A stretch of 64,000 nucleotides of DNA from Alphaproteobacteria bacterium (GTDB lineage Bacteria > Desulfobacterota > Binatia > UBA12015), in NCBI GenBank assembly GCA_017853315.1, contig JAFMJW010000004.1:3008-67007 (forward strand), read 5' to 3'. The number at the start of each line of letters is the position of its first letter. Position 1 is the stretch's first letter. This document shows positions 30,464 to 39,523 of the stretch, in pieces. Position numbers and translations under genes: made by a program. The notes under the pieces were generated by a model. The model searched no databases. It was not told where the DNA came from and worked only from the letters and a program-made list of their open reading frames with translations.

Positions 30464-31414
30464 ATGGCCCGGCTGTCCGACCGGGTCTGGACCTACCTCC
30501 AGCCCGACGGGGGCTTCGGGCTCTCGAACGCGGGCGTCGTCGGGCCGCGCGACGCCTCGGCCGCCGGCGCGAACGCGATGCTCGTCGACACCTTCTTCGA
30601 CCTCGCCCACACCCGCCGCCTGCTCGACGCGGTGGCGCACGAGGTGCGGGCCCCGGTCGGCCGCGTGGTGAACACCCACTACAACGGCGACCACTGCTGG
30701 GGGAACCAGCTCGTGCGCGACGCCGAGATCATCGGCCACCGCTCGGTGCCCGACGACATGCGCAAGCTCCCGCCCGAGATGCTGGAGGCGCTGCGCCATG
30801 CACCCGACTCGGTGCCGGCCGCGCTCGCGTTGCGCGAGGGCATGGCGCGCTTCGACTTCCGCGGCATCGAGCTCGTGCCGCCGACGACGCTGTTCGACGA
30901 CCGTCTCGAGGTCGATCTCGACGGGCTCCGCGCCGTGCTCCTCCACGTCGGGCCGGCGCACACGACGGGCGACGTGATCGTGCACCTGCCCGACGACGGG
31001 ATCGTCTTCACCGGGGACGTGCTGTTCCGGCTCTGCGCGCCGCTCGGCTGGGAGGGCACCTTCGAGCGCTGGATCGAGGCGCTCGAGACGATCGCGGGGC
31101 TCGGCGCCGACACGGTCGTCCCGGGCCACGGCCCGGTCTGCGGACCCGAGGGCGCGCTCGAGATGCGCGACTACCTGGCCTGGGTGCGCGACCGCAGCCG
31201 GAGCGCCTTCGAGTCGGGCAAGAGCCTCGAGGAAGCCTGCCTCGCGATCGACCTCGGCCCCTTCGGCGAGTGGGTCGAGTCCGAGCGCGTGGTCTCGCAG
31301 GTGGCGCGCGCCTACCGCGAACTCGAGGGGCATCCGTTCGACGCGCCGGTCGACTTCACCCGCCACGTCGAGATCATGGCGAAGCTCCGGGAGAGGGCGT
31401 CCACGCCCGCGTGA
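30464..31414 (+). CDS. MBL-fold metallo-hydrolase
   Basis: THYNGDHCWG HxHxDH motif, a later PGHG. Confidence 0.75.
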   Translation: MARLSDRVWTYLQPDGGFGLSNAGVVGPRDASAAGANAMLVDTFFDLAHTRRLLDAVAHEVRAPVGRVVNTHYNGDHCWGNQLVRDAEIIGHRSVPDDMRKLPPEMLEALRHAPDSVPAALALREGMARFDFRGIELVPPTTLFDDRLEVDLDGLRAVLLHVGPAHTTGDVIVHLPDDGIVFTGDVLFRLCAPLGWEGTFERWIEALETIAGLGADTVVPGHGPVCGPEGALEMRDYLAWVRDRSRSAFESGKSLEEACLAIDLGPFGEWVESERVVSQVARAYRELEGHPFDAPVDFTRHVEIMAKLRERASTPA

Positions 31415-31461
31415 CGCCCGAAGACGCCCGCGTGAACGGGGGCGCGCGCCGTCCCCGGGGC

Positions 31462-32229
31462 TCAGTCCGCCGCGCGCCCGGGCGGTAGCGGCAGGTCGCG
31501 CACGGTCCGGATGCGGTCGAAGGCGGCGGGGTTCGGGGGGATCGGCTCGCGGCGCCAGGGCGGGTCCGCGAACCACTCGTCGCCCGGCCCCTCGTCGACG
31601 CGACGGCGGAACGTGGCGAGCAGCGCGGCGGCGCGACGGCGGTGGTCCCGCCAGTCCTGCTCGATCCGCGAGCGCTGCGCTCGGCGGAGGTGGCGCGCGT
31701 AGGCAGCGAAGCCCGACGCGCGCAGGCGGCGGAACAGGCACGGGAGCAGCGCCGCCATCGTGAGCGCGACGGTCGCCGCGAGCCAGACCTCGCGGCGCGA
31801 GGCCGCCACCGCGACGAGACCGGTGAGCCCGGGTTCGGCGAGCGCGCCCTCCCCGCCGAGTTGCGACTGCAGCACCCGCCACTCCTCGAAGGCCGCGCGC
31901 AGCACGCCGGTGCGGACGAGCAGCCATGCCGCGAGCAGCGGCATCTGCAGGCCGACCCAGAAGCCGAGCGCCAGCACCTGGTTCCAGCCCGGCCGCCAGC
32001 GCCTCGCCTCGGCCTCGGTCGCGTCCGGCGGCATCCCGCCGCTCGCGACCAGCAGCCGCACGACGTTCAGGGTCGCGAACAGACCCGCCGCGCCGAGCAG
32101 CGAAGCCGCGACCGGCGAGCGGAGGGCGACCGAGCCGACCGCCGCGCAGGCGACCCCGCACAGCAGCGGCGGCAGCAGGTAGAGCTTCGAGAGCAGGGCG
32201 AGCCTGCGCCGCTCCGGCGCGGTGCACAT
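31462..32229 (-). CDS. hypothetical integral membrane protein
   Basis: Four or more hydrophobic helices. Last gene of the coupled OmpA/DUF4407 operon. No recognisable motif. Confidence 0.4.
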   Translation of the reverse strand: MCTAPERRRLALLSKLYLLPPLLCGVACAAVGSVALRSPVAASLLGAAGLFATLNVVRLLVASGGMPPDATEAEARRWRPGWNQVLALGFWVGLQMPLLAAWLLVRTGVLRAAFEEWRVLQSQLGGEGALAEPGLTGLVAVAASRREVWLAATVALTMAALLPCLFRRLRASGFAAYARHLRRAQRSRIEQDWRDHRRRAAALLATFRRRVDEGPGDEWFADPPWRREPIPPNPAAFDRIRTVRDLPLPPGRAAD

Positions 32230-32279
32230 CGCCACCACGTCGGGATCGATGCCGACGGCCCGGCACCAGGCGGGGGCGC

Positions 32280-33593
32280 TCACCCGGCGTCGCCCTCGCG
32301 GTCGTCGTCGCCGGGCCGGGGAGGAGCCTCGCCCATGCGCTTCTTCTCGTCCGCGACGAAGACCTCGTACTGGTGCTTCACCAGCGCGATCTCGGCCTGG
32401 TGCCGCGCCTTCTCCGCGGTGCCGAGCGCTTCGGCCGCGTGGTAGCGCGCGGTGATCTGCATCGTCTTGCCGTCGCGACTCGGGATCTCGCGCGGCTCGA
32501 CGCCCCAGCGCGCCTGCGCGAGCCGCTTCTGGTTCTCGGAGAGGTACTCGTAGGCGCCGGTCGCCATCATGAGCTTGAAGAGGATCGGGCCGCACTCGAT
32601 CGCGAGCAGGAGCAGCGCGATCATCCACGGCACCATGCCGCCGATCTTGTGCGAGATCTCGATGCGCTTCAGCAGCCCGTCGAGGTGCGCGGCGCGGTGC
32701 GAGTTCTCCTCGCGGCTCGCCTTCAAGCGCGCGTCGATGTCCTCGAGGTCGCGGACGTAGCGGGCGATGTCCTGCCGGATCGGCTCGTCCTGGGCGGCGG
32801 TCGACGCCTTCCACTCGTCGAGCTCCTTCTGCATCCGGTCGAGGTTCGCCGACTTGTCCTGCCAGGCCGGGCCGCGACCCGCCTTGCGCGAGCCGGAGAG
32901 GCCCTCGGCCTCCATCTCGAGCGCCTGGCGCTGCTTCAGGATCTCCTGGCGGCGCTTCTCGAACTCGACCGGCCGCTGATCGAGGCGGGCCTGTGCGGTG
33001 TCGCGCTTGGCGAGCAGTTCGTGCTTCTGGCCCTCGAAGACGAGCTCGGACTTCTCGTTCAGCTGGCGCTCGTACTCCTTCTGCTCGCCGGCGAGCGCGG
33101 AGTCGATCTCCGGCTTCAGGATGCGCAGCTCGAGCGGCGCCGACAGCACGATCGCGAACAGGATCGCCATCAGGATGCGGGGCAGCGCGCCGGCGAGTTC
33201 CTTCAGCGTGAGCCGCTCGGTGCCGTCGCCCTTGCCGGTGCTCGACACGATCAGCCGGTCGAGGTTGTAGATGATCGCCGCCCAGACCGCGCCGGCGGCG
33301 AGCGCCGTCCACAGCGCTTGCCGGTCGAGCGGCTCGGACGCGATCGCCGACTCGCTGCGCGGGCCGAACACCGAGTAGAAGGCGTAGCTGCCCGAAATGA
33401 ACGCGAGCACGCCGGTCGTGAGCACCACGCCGCCGATGCCCTGGTACTTCACGCGGTCGCTCTCGGGGCAGCGCTCGAGGATCTGCGCGTCCGCACCCGC
33501 CGAGTGCCAGAGCAGGCGGGTGAACCATCCGCCGGTGGCGTGGTAGTCGTAGGGGTCGATCTGGTCGGGCGAGAGCGGTTCGTCGTCGCTCAT
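32280..33593 (-). CDS. DUF4407-type membrane protein with long central coiled-coil
   Basis: N-terminal two-TM region (KYQGIGGVVLTTGVLAFISGSYAFYS), a coiled-coil of about 200 aa rich in E/K/R/Q, and a C-terminal TM segment. Start ATG overlaps the upstream ORF stop (ATGA). Confidence 0.55.
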   Translation of the reverse strand: MSDDEPLSPDQIDPYDYHATGGWFTRLLWHSAGADAQILERCPESDRVKYQGIGGVVLTTGVLAFISGSYAFYSVFGPRSESAIASEPLDRQALWTALAAGAVWAAIIYNLDRLIVSSTGKGDGTERLTLKELAGALPRILMAILFAIVLSAPLELRILKPEIDSALAGEQKEYERQLNEKSELVFEGQKHELLAKRDTAQARLDQRPVEFEKRRQEILKQRQALEMEAEGLSGSRKAGRGPAWQDKSANLDRMQKELDEWKASTAAQDEPIRQDIARYVRDLEDIDARLKASREENSHRAAHLDGLLKRIEISHKIGGMVPWMIALLLLAIECGPILFKLMMATGAYEYLSENQKRLAQARWGVEPREIPSRDGKTMQITARYHAAEALGTAEKARHQAEIALVKHQYEVFVADEKKRMGEAPPRPGDDDREGDAG

Positions 33594-34189
33594 GTCGTCC
33601 TCCTCCCGGCGCGGCCCGATCCCGGGCGGCGCACGTCTTCGTCGTACCATCGCGGAGCCCCGACGGGCTCGGGGACCCCGACCGGGGCCGGCATCTCGAG
33701 GCCGGCGAGCGGCGCCGGTGCCGCGGTGCGGGCGGGTGGCGCGGCCACGGCCGGGGCGGGCACGGCCGGGCGCGCGAAATCGGGCGGCAGCCCGGGGCGC
33801 CCCGGGCGACGGCGGACACGGCCCGCGGCACGCTCGACCCAGGTGCGCTTGCGCGCGGTCGGCAGCCTCCGCTGCACCCGCAGGCCATCCGGATCGGGCT
33901 CGAGTCGCGGCACTTCTCCCTCGGCCACCGGCAGGTTCGAGTCGATCTCGAGCACGGCCCGGCCGAGCCCGGCCGTCGAGATCGCGAGCACCGGGATCCG
34001 GTGGTCGACCGGCGCCAGCAGCGGGACGCCACGGTCGGTGCGGAGCCGCAACCACAGGCCGCCGATGTGCACGAGCGCGGGCCGACGGCTCCGGACCCAG
34101 ATCGGCGCGCGCGTGCTCGGCGCGCGCAGTCGCCGCGACGGCCGCCACAGCAGCCACGGGATCCCCTCGATCGGCTCACTGGCCGGCAT
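33590..34189 (-). CDS. hypothetical protein, coupled to DUF4407 gene
   Basis: The ATGA overlap with the downstream start supports a real CDS. The first roughly 130 aa are non-repetitive, followed by a Pro/Ala-rich tail. Confidence 0.35.
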   Translation of the reverse strand: MPASEPIEGIPWLLWRPSRRLRAPSTRAPIWVRSRRPALVHIGGLWLRLRTDRGVPLLAPVDHRIPVLAISTAGLGRAVLEIDSNLPVAEGEVPRLEPDPDGLRVQRRLPTARKRTWVERAAGRVRRRPGRPGLPPDFARPAVPAPAVAAPPARTAAPAPLAGLEMPAPVGVPEPVGAPRWYDEDVRRPGSGRAGRRTT

Positions 34190-35669
34190 CGCCGCCTCCG
34201 GGACACGAGACCACGACGTCGACGCGGCGGTTCAGTCGCTGCAGCGGGCTGCCCGGTGCGGCGCGGACGAGCGGCTCCGACTCGCCGTGGCCCTCGAGGT
34301 CGAGGCGATCGCTCGGCAGCGCCTGCCAGCGCAGGAGCCAGTCGCCGACCGCCCGCGCTCGCTCCCGGCTGAGTTCGTCGTTGTGCTCGGGAAGTCCGGT
34401 CTCGTCGGCGTGGCCGACGAGCTTGACCCGGACTTCGGGCGACGCCTGCACGACGCGGTGGAGCTTGCGCAGTTGCGGGAGCGACTCGGGACGCAACTTC
34501 GCGCTGTCGAGCGGAAACAGGAGATCGCCCGACATGTGGATCGTCTGGCCGCACTCGAGGCGCCCCTGCGAGAGCGCCGCATCGAGGCCGATGCGCCGCA
34601 GCGGGCCGCGACTCGCCTGCTCCACGAGGTCCGCATCGGGATCGCGCGCGGGCAGCGACGGCCACTCGCCGGCCGCGTCGGGCGAGCCGGGGCCGGCCGC
34701 GTCGGGTTCGTCCTCGCCGGGTTCGGCCGCGTCGTTCCGCGCGCCCGCGGGCGCCCCGCCCTCGCCTTCGCCGCCGCCGGCGGGGGCATCGGAGCCGGGC
34801 GCAGGCGCTCCTTCGGGCACGCCGGACACGGGCGCCTCGCTCCGCGCACCGGCTCCCGTGACCGCCCCCGGCGCAAGTCCGCGCCGGCACCCCGTGCGCT
34901 GCCACCCCGTCAACGCGATCGGCAACGCGATCGCGAGGAGAAAGAGCGGAAGCCCGAGACGACCGGCTCGGCTCGCCGCGGCGAGCGCCCCGGCGAGCAG
35001 GACGATCCAGAGGAGTCCGGGGATCGGCAGGCACGGGGTGAACAGCCAGTGCAGCAGGAGCCATGCGAGTGCGAGCGGCAGCAGCCAGGAAGCGTCGGGC
35101 GCGAGCCCGACGCCGAGCCGCGGCCCGAGCGTCGTCGCCGAAGCGCGCCACGCGAACGCCGCCGCGAGAAGCGCGAGCGCCGCGAGCAACGCGGGCAGCC
35201 AGTTCGACGTCCACGCCGCGAGCGCGAGCAGGAGCAGGGCGAGGAGCGGCCCGCATCCCGACGCGAGCGGCGGGGCGCGCCGGTCGTCGACCCAGGTCGC
35301 CCCGAAGCGGCGAGGCTCGGCGACGGGACCCGCCGCGAGCCGTCCGACCAGGTGTCCGCGGACGCACCAGAGACTGCGGTCGCCGTCGTCGCGCGCGAGG
35401 CGCGGCCGGCCCCAGTGCAGTCGCGCGTCGTGCAGCCAGAGCCGATACCACTGCCCGTTCTCGAGTTCGGCGAGGATCGGGCCGAGCACCGGCCACTCGA
35501 CCGGGGTCGGGTCGGCGGGGCTCGCGGGCGTGTCGTCGACGAGCCGACCCGGGCGCAGGGTTCCCCAGTCGAGACGCAGGTCGTGGAAACGCGAGACCCC
35601 GCGGGCCTCGGCATCCGGGGACGGAAGCCCCACGAACCAACCCTCGAACGGACCGTGGAGCGTGGACAT
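34176..35669 (-). CDS. OmpA/MotB-like C-terminal peptidoglycan-binding domain membrane protein
   Basis: C-terminus LFPLDSAKL...VKLVGHADETGLPEHNDELSRERA is an OmpA_C-like domain. There is a central multi-TM region and a roughly 120 aa N-terminal domain. Confidence 0.6.
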   Translation of the reverse strand: MSTLHGPFEGWFVGLPSPDAEARGVSRFHDLRLDWGTLRPGRLVDDTPASPADPTPVEWPVLGPILAELENGQWYRLWLHDARLHWGRPRLARDDGDRSLWCVRGHLVGRLAAGPVAEPRRFGATWVDDRRAPPLASGCGPLLALLLLALAAWTSNWLPALLAALALLAAAFAWRASATTLGPRLGVGLAPDASWLLPLALAWLLLHWLFTPCLPIPGLLWIVLLAGALAAASRAGRLGLPLFLLAIALPIALTGWQRTGCRRGLAPGAVTGAGARSEAPVSGVPEGAPAPGSDAPAGGGEGEGGAPAGARNDAAEPGEDEPDAAGPGSPDAAGEWPSLPARDPDADLVEQASRGPLRRIGLDAALSQGRLECGQTIHMSGDLLFPLDSAKLRPESLPQLRKLHRVVQASPEVRVKLVGHADETGLPEHNDELSRERARAVGDWLLRWQALPSDRLDLEGHGESEPLVRAAPGSPLQRLNRRVDVVVSCPGGGDAGQ

Positions 35670-35734
35670 GCGCGCGCGGCCGCCCGCGCGCGAGACGGGC
35701 GGCCGGCCCATCTGCCCGCCGGGGCCGAGGAATG

Positions 35735-36229
35735 TCAACGCGGGCCGGAGTCCGGGGCCAACGGCTGTCGAAGCGGGGCGGAGAACGCCCCCTCGGTGTC
35801 GATCGGGATCGTGACCGGCCCCTCGTTCACGAGCGAGACGCGCATGGTCGCACCGAAGCGGCCACGCGCCGTTCGCAGGCCGAGGCGCTCGACCTCGTCG
35901 GCGAACGCGAGGTAGAGCGGCTCGGCGCGGTCGCCGGGCGCGGCACGCCCGAAGGAGGGTCGCCGACCGGAGCGGCAGTCGGCCCAGAGCGTGAACTGCG
36001 AGACGACCAGCACCTCGCCTCCGACGTCCGCCAGGGAGAGGTTCATGCGCCCCTGCTCGTCCTCGAAGACCCGCAGCCCGACGATCCTCGCGGCGAACGA
36101 GCGCGCCACCGCGAGGTCGTCGTCGTGCCCGACGCCGAGCAGGACGAGCGCACCGCGGCCGATCTCGCCGACGGTCTCGCCGTCGACCGAGACGCGGGCC
36201 TCGCTCACGCGTTGCAGGATCGCCCGCAC
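35735..36229 (-). CDS. dtd: D-aminoacyl-tRNA deacylase
   Basis: SQFTL motif, N-terminal VRAILQRV, about 164 aa. Confidence 0.85.
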   Translation of the reverse strand: MRAILQRVSEARVSVDGETVGEIGRGALVLLGVGHDDDLAVARSFAARIVGLRVFEDEQGRMNLSLADVGGEVLVVSQFTLWADCRSGRRPSFGRAAPGDRAEPLYLAFADEVERLGLRTARGRFGATMRVSLVNEGPVTIPIDTEGAFSAPLRQPLAPDSGPR

Positions 36230-36248
36230 GCTGCCCGCCCCCGGACGC

Positions 36249-36497
36249 TCAGACCGTGTCCATGCAGGTGCGCATGAAGCCGCAGAGCCGGCACAGGTAC
36301 TTGCAGTGGCCCAGCGTCTGCAGCGGCGAGCCGCACGCGTCGCACTCGAGCCAGTCGGGCTCGCGCCGCACCTCCGCCGCCGGCATCGAGGCGCGCCTCG
36401 CCGCGAGCGACACCACCTTCTCGCCCTTCTCCACGTCCACCTCCCCACCGCCCGGCGCGCCCTGTGCGCCGCGATCCGTCGCTGCCATGCGCGACAC
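36249..36497 (-). CDS. small Cys-rich (zinc-ribbon-like) hypothetical protein
   Basis: CDACG...CKYLCRLCG cysteines. Upstream of dtd. The true start may be internal. Confidence 0.3.
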   Translation of the reverse strand: MSRMAATDRGAQGAPGGGEVDVEKGEKVVSLAARRASMPAAEVRREPDWLECDACGSPLQTLGHCKYLCRLCGFMRTCMDTV

Positions 36498-36544
36498 CGA
36501 TCGTCAACCGGGTGTCGTCGGCGCGCGAGTGCTAGGTCCCGGCC

Positions 36545-37246
36545 ATGAGCGAAGCGAGGAAGCCCGGCGGCCCGGTCGTCGTCACCCACTTCTCCGACGT
36601 CCTCTGCGTCTGGGCCTACGTGAGCCAGGTGCGGCTCGACGAGCTCCGGCGCCGCCACCCGGGCCGGGTCGCGGTGCGCTCCCGGCTCTGCTCGGTGTTC
36701 GCCGACGTCGGGACCAAGATCGTCGCCGGCTGGCGGGATCGCGGGGGGCCGGCCGGCTATCGCCGTCACGTCGAGGACGTGGTCGCGGGCTTCGAGCACG
36801 TGCGCCTGCACGAGGACGCGTGGGCCCGGACGGTGCCGACCACCTCGGCCACGCCGCATGCCGTCGTGAAGGCCGCCGAACTCGCCGCGTTCGGCGCCGA
36901 CGACGAGCTCGGACGGACGCCCGCGGAGCGGCTCGCCTGGCAGCTGCGACTCGCCTTCTTCGCGCAGGGCCGCGACGTCTCGCGCGAGGACGTGGCACTC
37001 GAGGTCGCCTCGGAGATCGGGCTGCCGGCCGACGCGCTGCGGGCCGCGCTCCGCGACGGAAGCGCCTGGGCCGCCCTCCTGCGCGACTACGAGGACGCGG
37101 CGGCCGAGCAGGTGCGAGGCAGTCCGACGCTCGTCCTGAACGATCGCCGGCAGGTGCTCTACGGCAACGTCGGGTACCGCGTGATCGAGGCGAACGTCGA
37201 GGAACTGCTCCGCGCTCCCGCGGGGGACGACGCGAGCTGGTGCTGA
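36545..37246 (+). CDS. DsbA-family (FrnE-like) thioredoxin-fold oxidoreductase
   Basis: FSDVLCVWAY CxxW/CPW-type active site at the N-terminus. About 233 aa. Confidence 0.7.
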   Translation: MSEARKPGGPVVVTHFSDVLCVWAYVSQVRLDELRRRHPGRVAVRSRLCSVFADVGTKIVAGWRDRGGPAGYRRHVEDVVAGFEHVRLHEDAWARTVPTTSATPHAVVKAAELAAFGADDELGRTPAERLAWQLRLAFFAQGRDVSREDVALEVASEIGLPADALRAALRDGSAWAALLRDYEDAAAEQVRGSPTLVLNDRRQVLYGNVGYRVIEANVEELLRAPAGDDASWC

Positions 37247-37289
37247 CCGGACCCGCTCCCGCACGCGATCGCGCACGGGAACCCGCGCG

Positions 37290-38627
37290 TCAGCTGCAGG
37301 CGAGCCCGCCGTCTCCGCGCCCGCACCACCACGCCTCGAGGTCGCGCGCGAGGGAGGCGCGGATCGCGTCGGTCTCCGGCGTGAGGCGGTCGCGCAGCAT
37401 CAGGTTCACGCGCTCGAAGGGATCGACCTCGAGGTCGAACATCGCCTCCTCGCGTCCGAACAGGCTCGTGTAGAGCTTGTAGCGGTCGTCGCGGACCGCG
37501 CGCTTCCCGTCGGGGCGCCAGTTCGAGTAGAAGACGCGGCGGAACTCCTCGCTCGCCCGCGCCGACGGATCCGCGAGCAGCGGCAGGAAGCTCTTGCCGT
37601 CGGGGAACGTCGGCCCGGTCGACGGGTCGATGCCGAGCGCGTCGAGGATGGTCGGGAAGATGTCGATCGTGCCGACGAGCCCCGGGTGGAGGCCCGTCGG
37701 CGGCAGCAGGTCCTTCGCCCAAGCGACGATCGGCGTCCGCATGCCGGCCTCGCGGAAGCTGCCCTTGCCGCGCCGCAGGACGGCGCCGTTGTCGGTCGTG
37801 TAGACGACCAGCGTGTTCGAGTCGAAGCCGTAGGCGCCGAGCTTGTCCTCGACGATCCGGCGCAGGAGTTCGTCGACCCACGTGCAGCTGCCGAGGAAGC
37901 GGCGGAACGAGACCGGGCTGATCGTGAAGCGCTGCTTGCAGGCGCGCGCGGCGTCGAGGTCGACGTCGTCGTACTGGTAGGGCGCCTCGCGCGGACGCTG
38001 GAACGGCTGGTGCGGAAGCCGCGGGCCGACGTAGAGCATCCAGGGCACGCCGTCGTCGCGGCGCTCCTCCAGGAAGCGGTCGACGATCTGCAGCTCGCCG
38101 CGGTTGAGTGCCGTCACGTCGTCGGGCCCGCGCCCGAGCTCGGTGGTGTACTTCTCGTTGTCGGTGAACGACGCGGCGAGGCCGCCTCGCGCGACCTCCC
38201 ACTTGCCGATGCCGAGCGTGCGGTAGCCGCGGCGGGCGAGTTCGACCGGGATCGTCGGGTGTCCCGGGTAGCTCAGCGTCTCGAAGCGGCGCACCCGGAG
38301 ATCGCGGCGGTTCAGCCCGGTGAAGATCGACTCTCGCGAGGCCTGGCAGCGGGCCGCGGTGACGACGCCGCGATGGAATCCCACGCCCTCGCGCACCAGG
38401 CGGTCGAGGGTGGGCGTGCGGGGGACCGGCAGCCCGTCGAGTTCGCAGGGTGGCAGCGCACGGGGGTCGCGCATGAAGCCGTAGAAGGGCCAGCCCCAGT
38501 CGTCGGACACGAACAGCACGACGTTGGACGGTCGCGACTCCGCCCGGGCTCCGCGCGCCGCGCCCGACGCGCCCGCCAGCGCCGCGGTCCCCGCGGCGAG
38601 CCTCCGAAGAAAGTCGCGACGCTGCAA
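37290..38627 (-). CDS. sulfatase-family hydrolase with Tat-type signal; active-site motif C-Q-A-S-R
   Basis: RRDFLRRLAAGTAALAGA twin-arginine signal. SDDWGW metal ligands. CQASRESIFTG is sulfatase signature I with Ala in place of the usual Pro. Confidence 0.8.
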   Translation of the reverse strand: MQRRDFLRRLAAGTAALAGASGAARGARAESRPSNVVLFVSDDWGWPFYGFMRDPRALPPCELDGLPVPRTPTLDRLVREGVGFHRGVVTAARCQASRESIFTGLNRRDLRVRRFETLSYPGHPTIPVELARRGYRTLGIGKWEVARGGLAASFTDNEKYTTELGRGPDDVTALNRGELQIVDRFLEERRDDGVPWMLYVGPRLPHQPFQRPREAPYQYDDVDLDAARACKQRFTISPVSFRRFLGSCTWVDELLRRIVEDKLGAYGFDSNTLVVYTTDNGAVLRRGKGSFREAGMRTPIVAWAKDLLPPTGLHPGLVGTIDIFPTILDALGIDPSTGPTFPDGKSFLPLLADPSARASEEFRRVFYSNWRPDGKRAVRDDRYKLYTSLFGREEAMFDLEVDPFERVNLMLRDRLTPETDAIRASLARDLEAWWCGRGDGGLACS

Positions 38628-38761
38628 AGTTCAGTCTCCGGAGTCCCTGGTGCCCGTTCCGGGATCCGCGTCGCGGCCCCGACCGGCGGTCTTCCGGTTA
38701 CGATACTCGGCGGCCCCGGACAAGAGACTTTCTTCGCCCCGGCGCCGGGGCGCCGCGCGGC

Positions 38762-39394
38762 CTACGGGAACAGGGGCGCGCCCCACGCGTCGGCGAAGCA
38801 GAGGTCCCGGAGCGGCTTGCGCGCGAGTCTCGCCGGGAAGGGGTTCTCGGGCCAGCCGAGCGGCACGAGCGCCGCGGTGGCGACCCCCTCGGGGATCGCG
38901 AGCAGCTCCTTCACCTGCGGCTCGACCGCGCAGAGCAGCGTCGTCAGTGCCGTGCCGAGTCCCTCGGCGCGCGCCGACAACAGCAGGTTCTGCACCGCGG
39001 GATACACGGAGGCCCCGCCGACGATCGACAGCCTGCCCAGGTGGCGGTCGGTCGCGAGCAGGTCGGCGAGCTGCGCGCACACCACGACCAGCACGGGGAT
39101 CCGGTCGAGGTGGCGAGCCATGTGATCCGCCTCGGCGAGCAGGCGGGGCAGCGGCGCTCCCGGCCGCTCGGTCGCTCGTCCGGCGTACTGCTCCCACAGC
39201 GGCACGTAGAGGTCGCGCAGCCGGCGCCGGAGATCCGCGTCGCGCACCGCGACGAAGCGCACGCCCTGGCGGTTGCCGCCGGTCGGCGCCCAGCGCGTCC
39301 CGTCGAGCACGCGGCGCAGCACGTCGTCGGGGACCGGGTCGGGGCGGTAGCGTCGGCAGGTGGGCGTCGTGCGGATGACCTCGGCGAAGTCCAT
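38762..39394 (-). CDS. nitroreductase-family protein
   Basis: CRRYRPDPVPD and GGNRQ motifs of the NADH oxidase/nitroreductase fold. Confidence 0.8.
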   Translation of the reverse strand: MDFAEVIRTTPTCRRYRPDPVPDDVLRRVLDGTRWAPTGGNRQGVRFVAVRDADLRRRLRDLYVPLWEQYAGRATERPGAPLPRLLAEADHMARHLDRIPVLVVVCAQLADLLATDRHLGRLSIVGGASVYPAVQNLLLSARAEGLGTALTTLLCAVEPQVKELLAIPEGVATAALVPLGWPENPFPARLARKPLRDLCFADAWGAPLFP

Positions 39395-39523
39395 GTCGCA
39401 GCAACTACGACGCCGGGCGACCGCTTGTCACGCCGACGAGGGCCCGCCGGGCGCGACGCCCGGTGTCGGCCGAGGCTCCGATGCGTGGCCCGAGTGCGCC
39501 GCGCGCCCGTCCGGGGCGCGCCG

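Noticed and set aside
31462-35915. Giant ORFs 31462..35640 (-) of 1392 aa and 31926..35915 (+) of 1329 aa
   Set aside because: Low-complexity R/P/A/G translation. Only the last roughly 255 codons of the minus ORF look protein-like, and that part is kept as a membrane protein. The rest is shadow over the real DUF4407 and OmpA genes.
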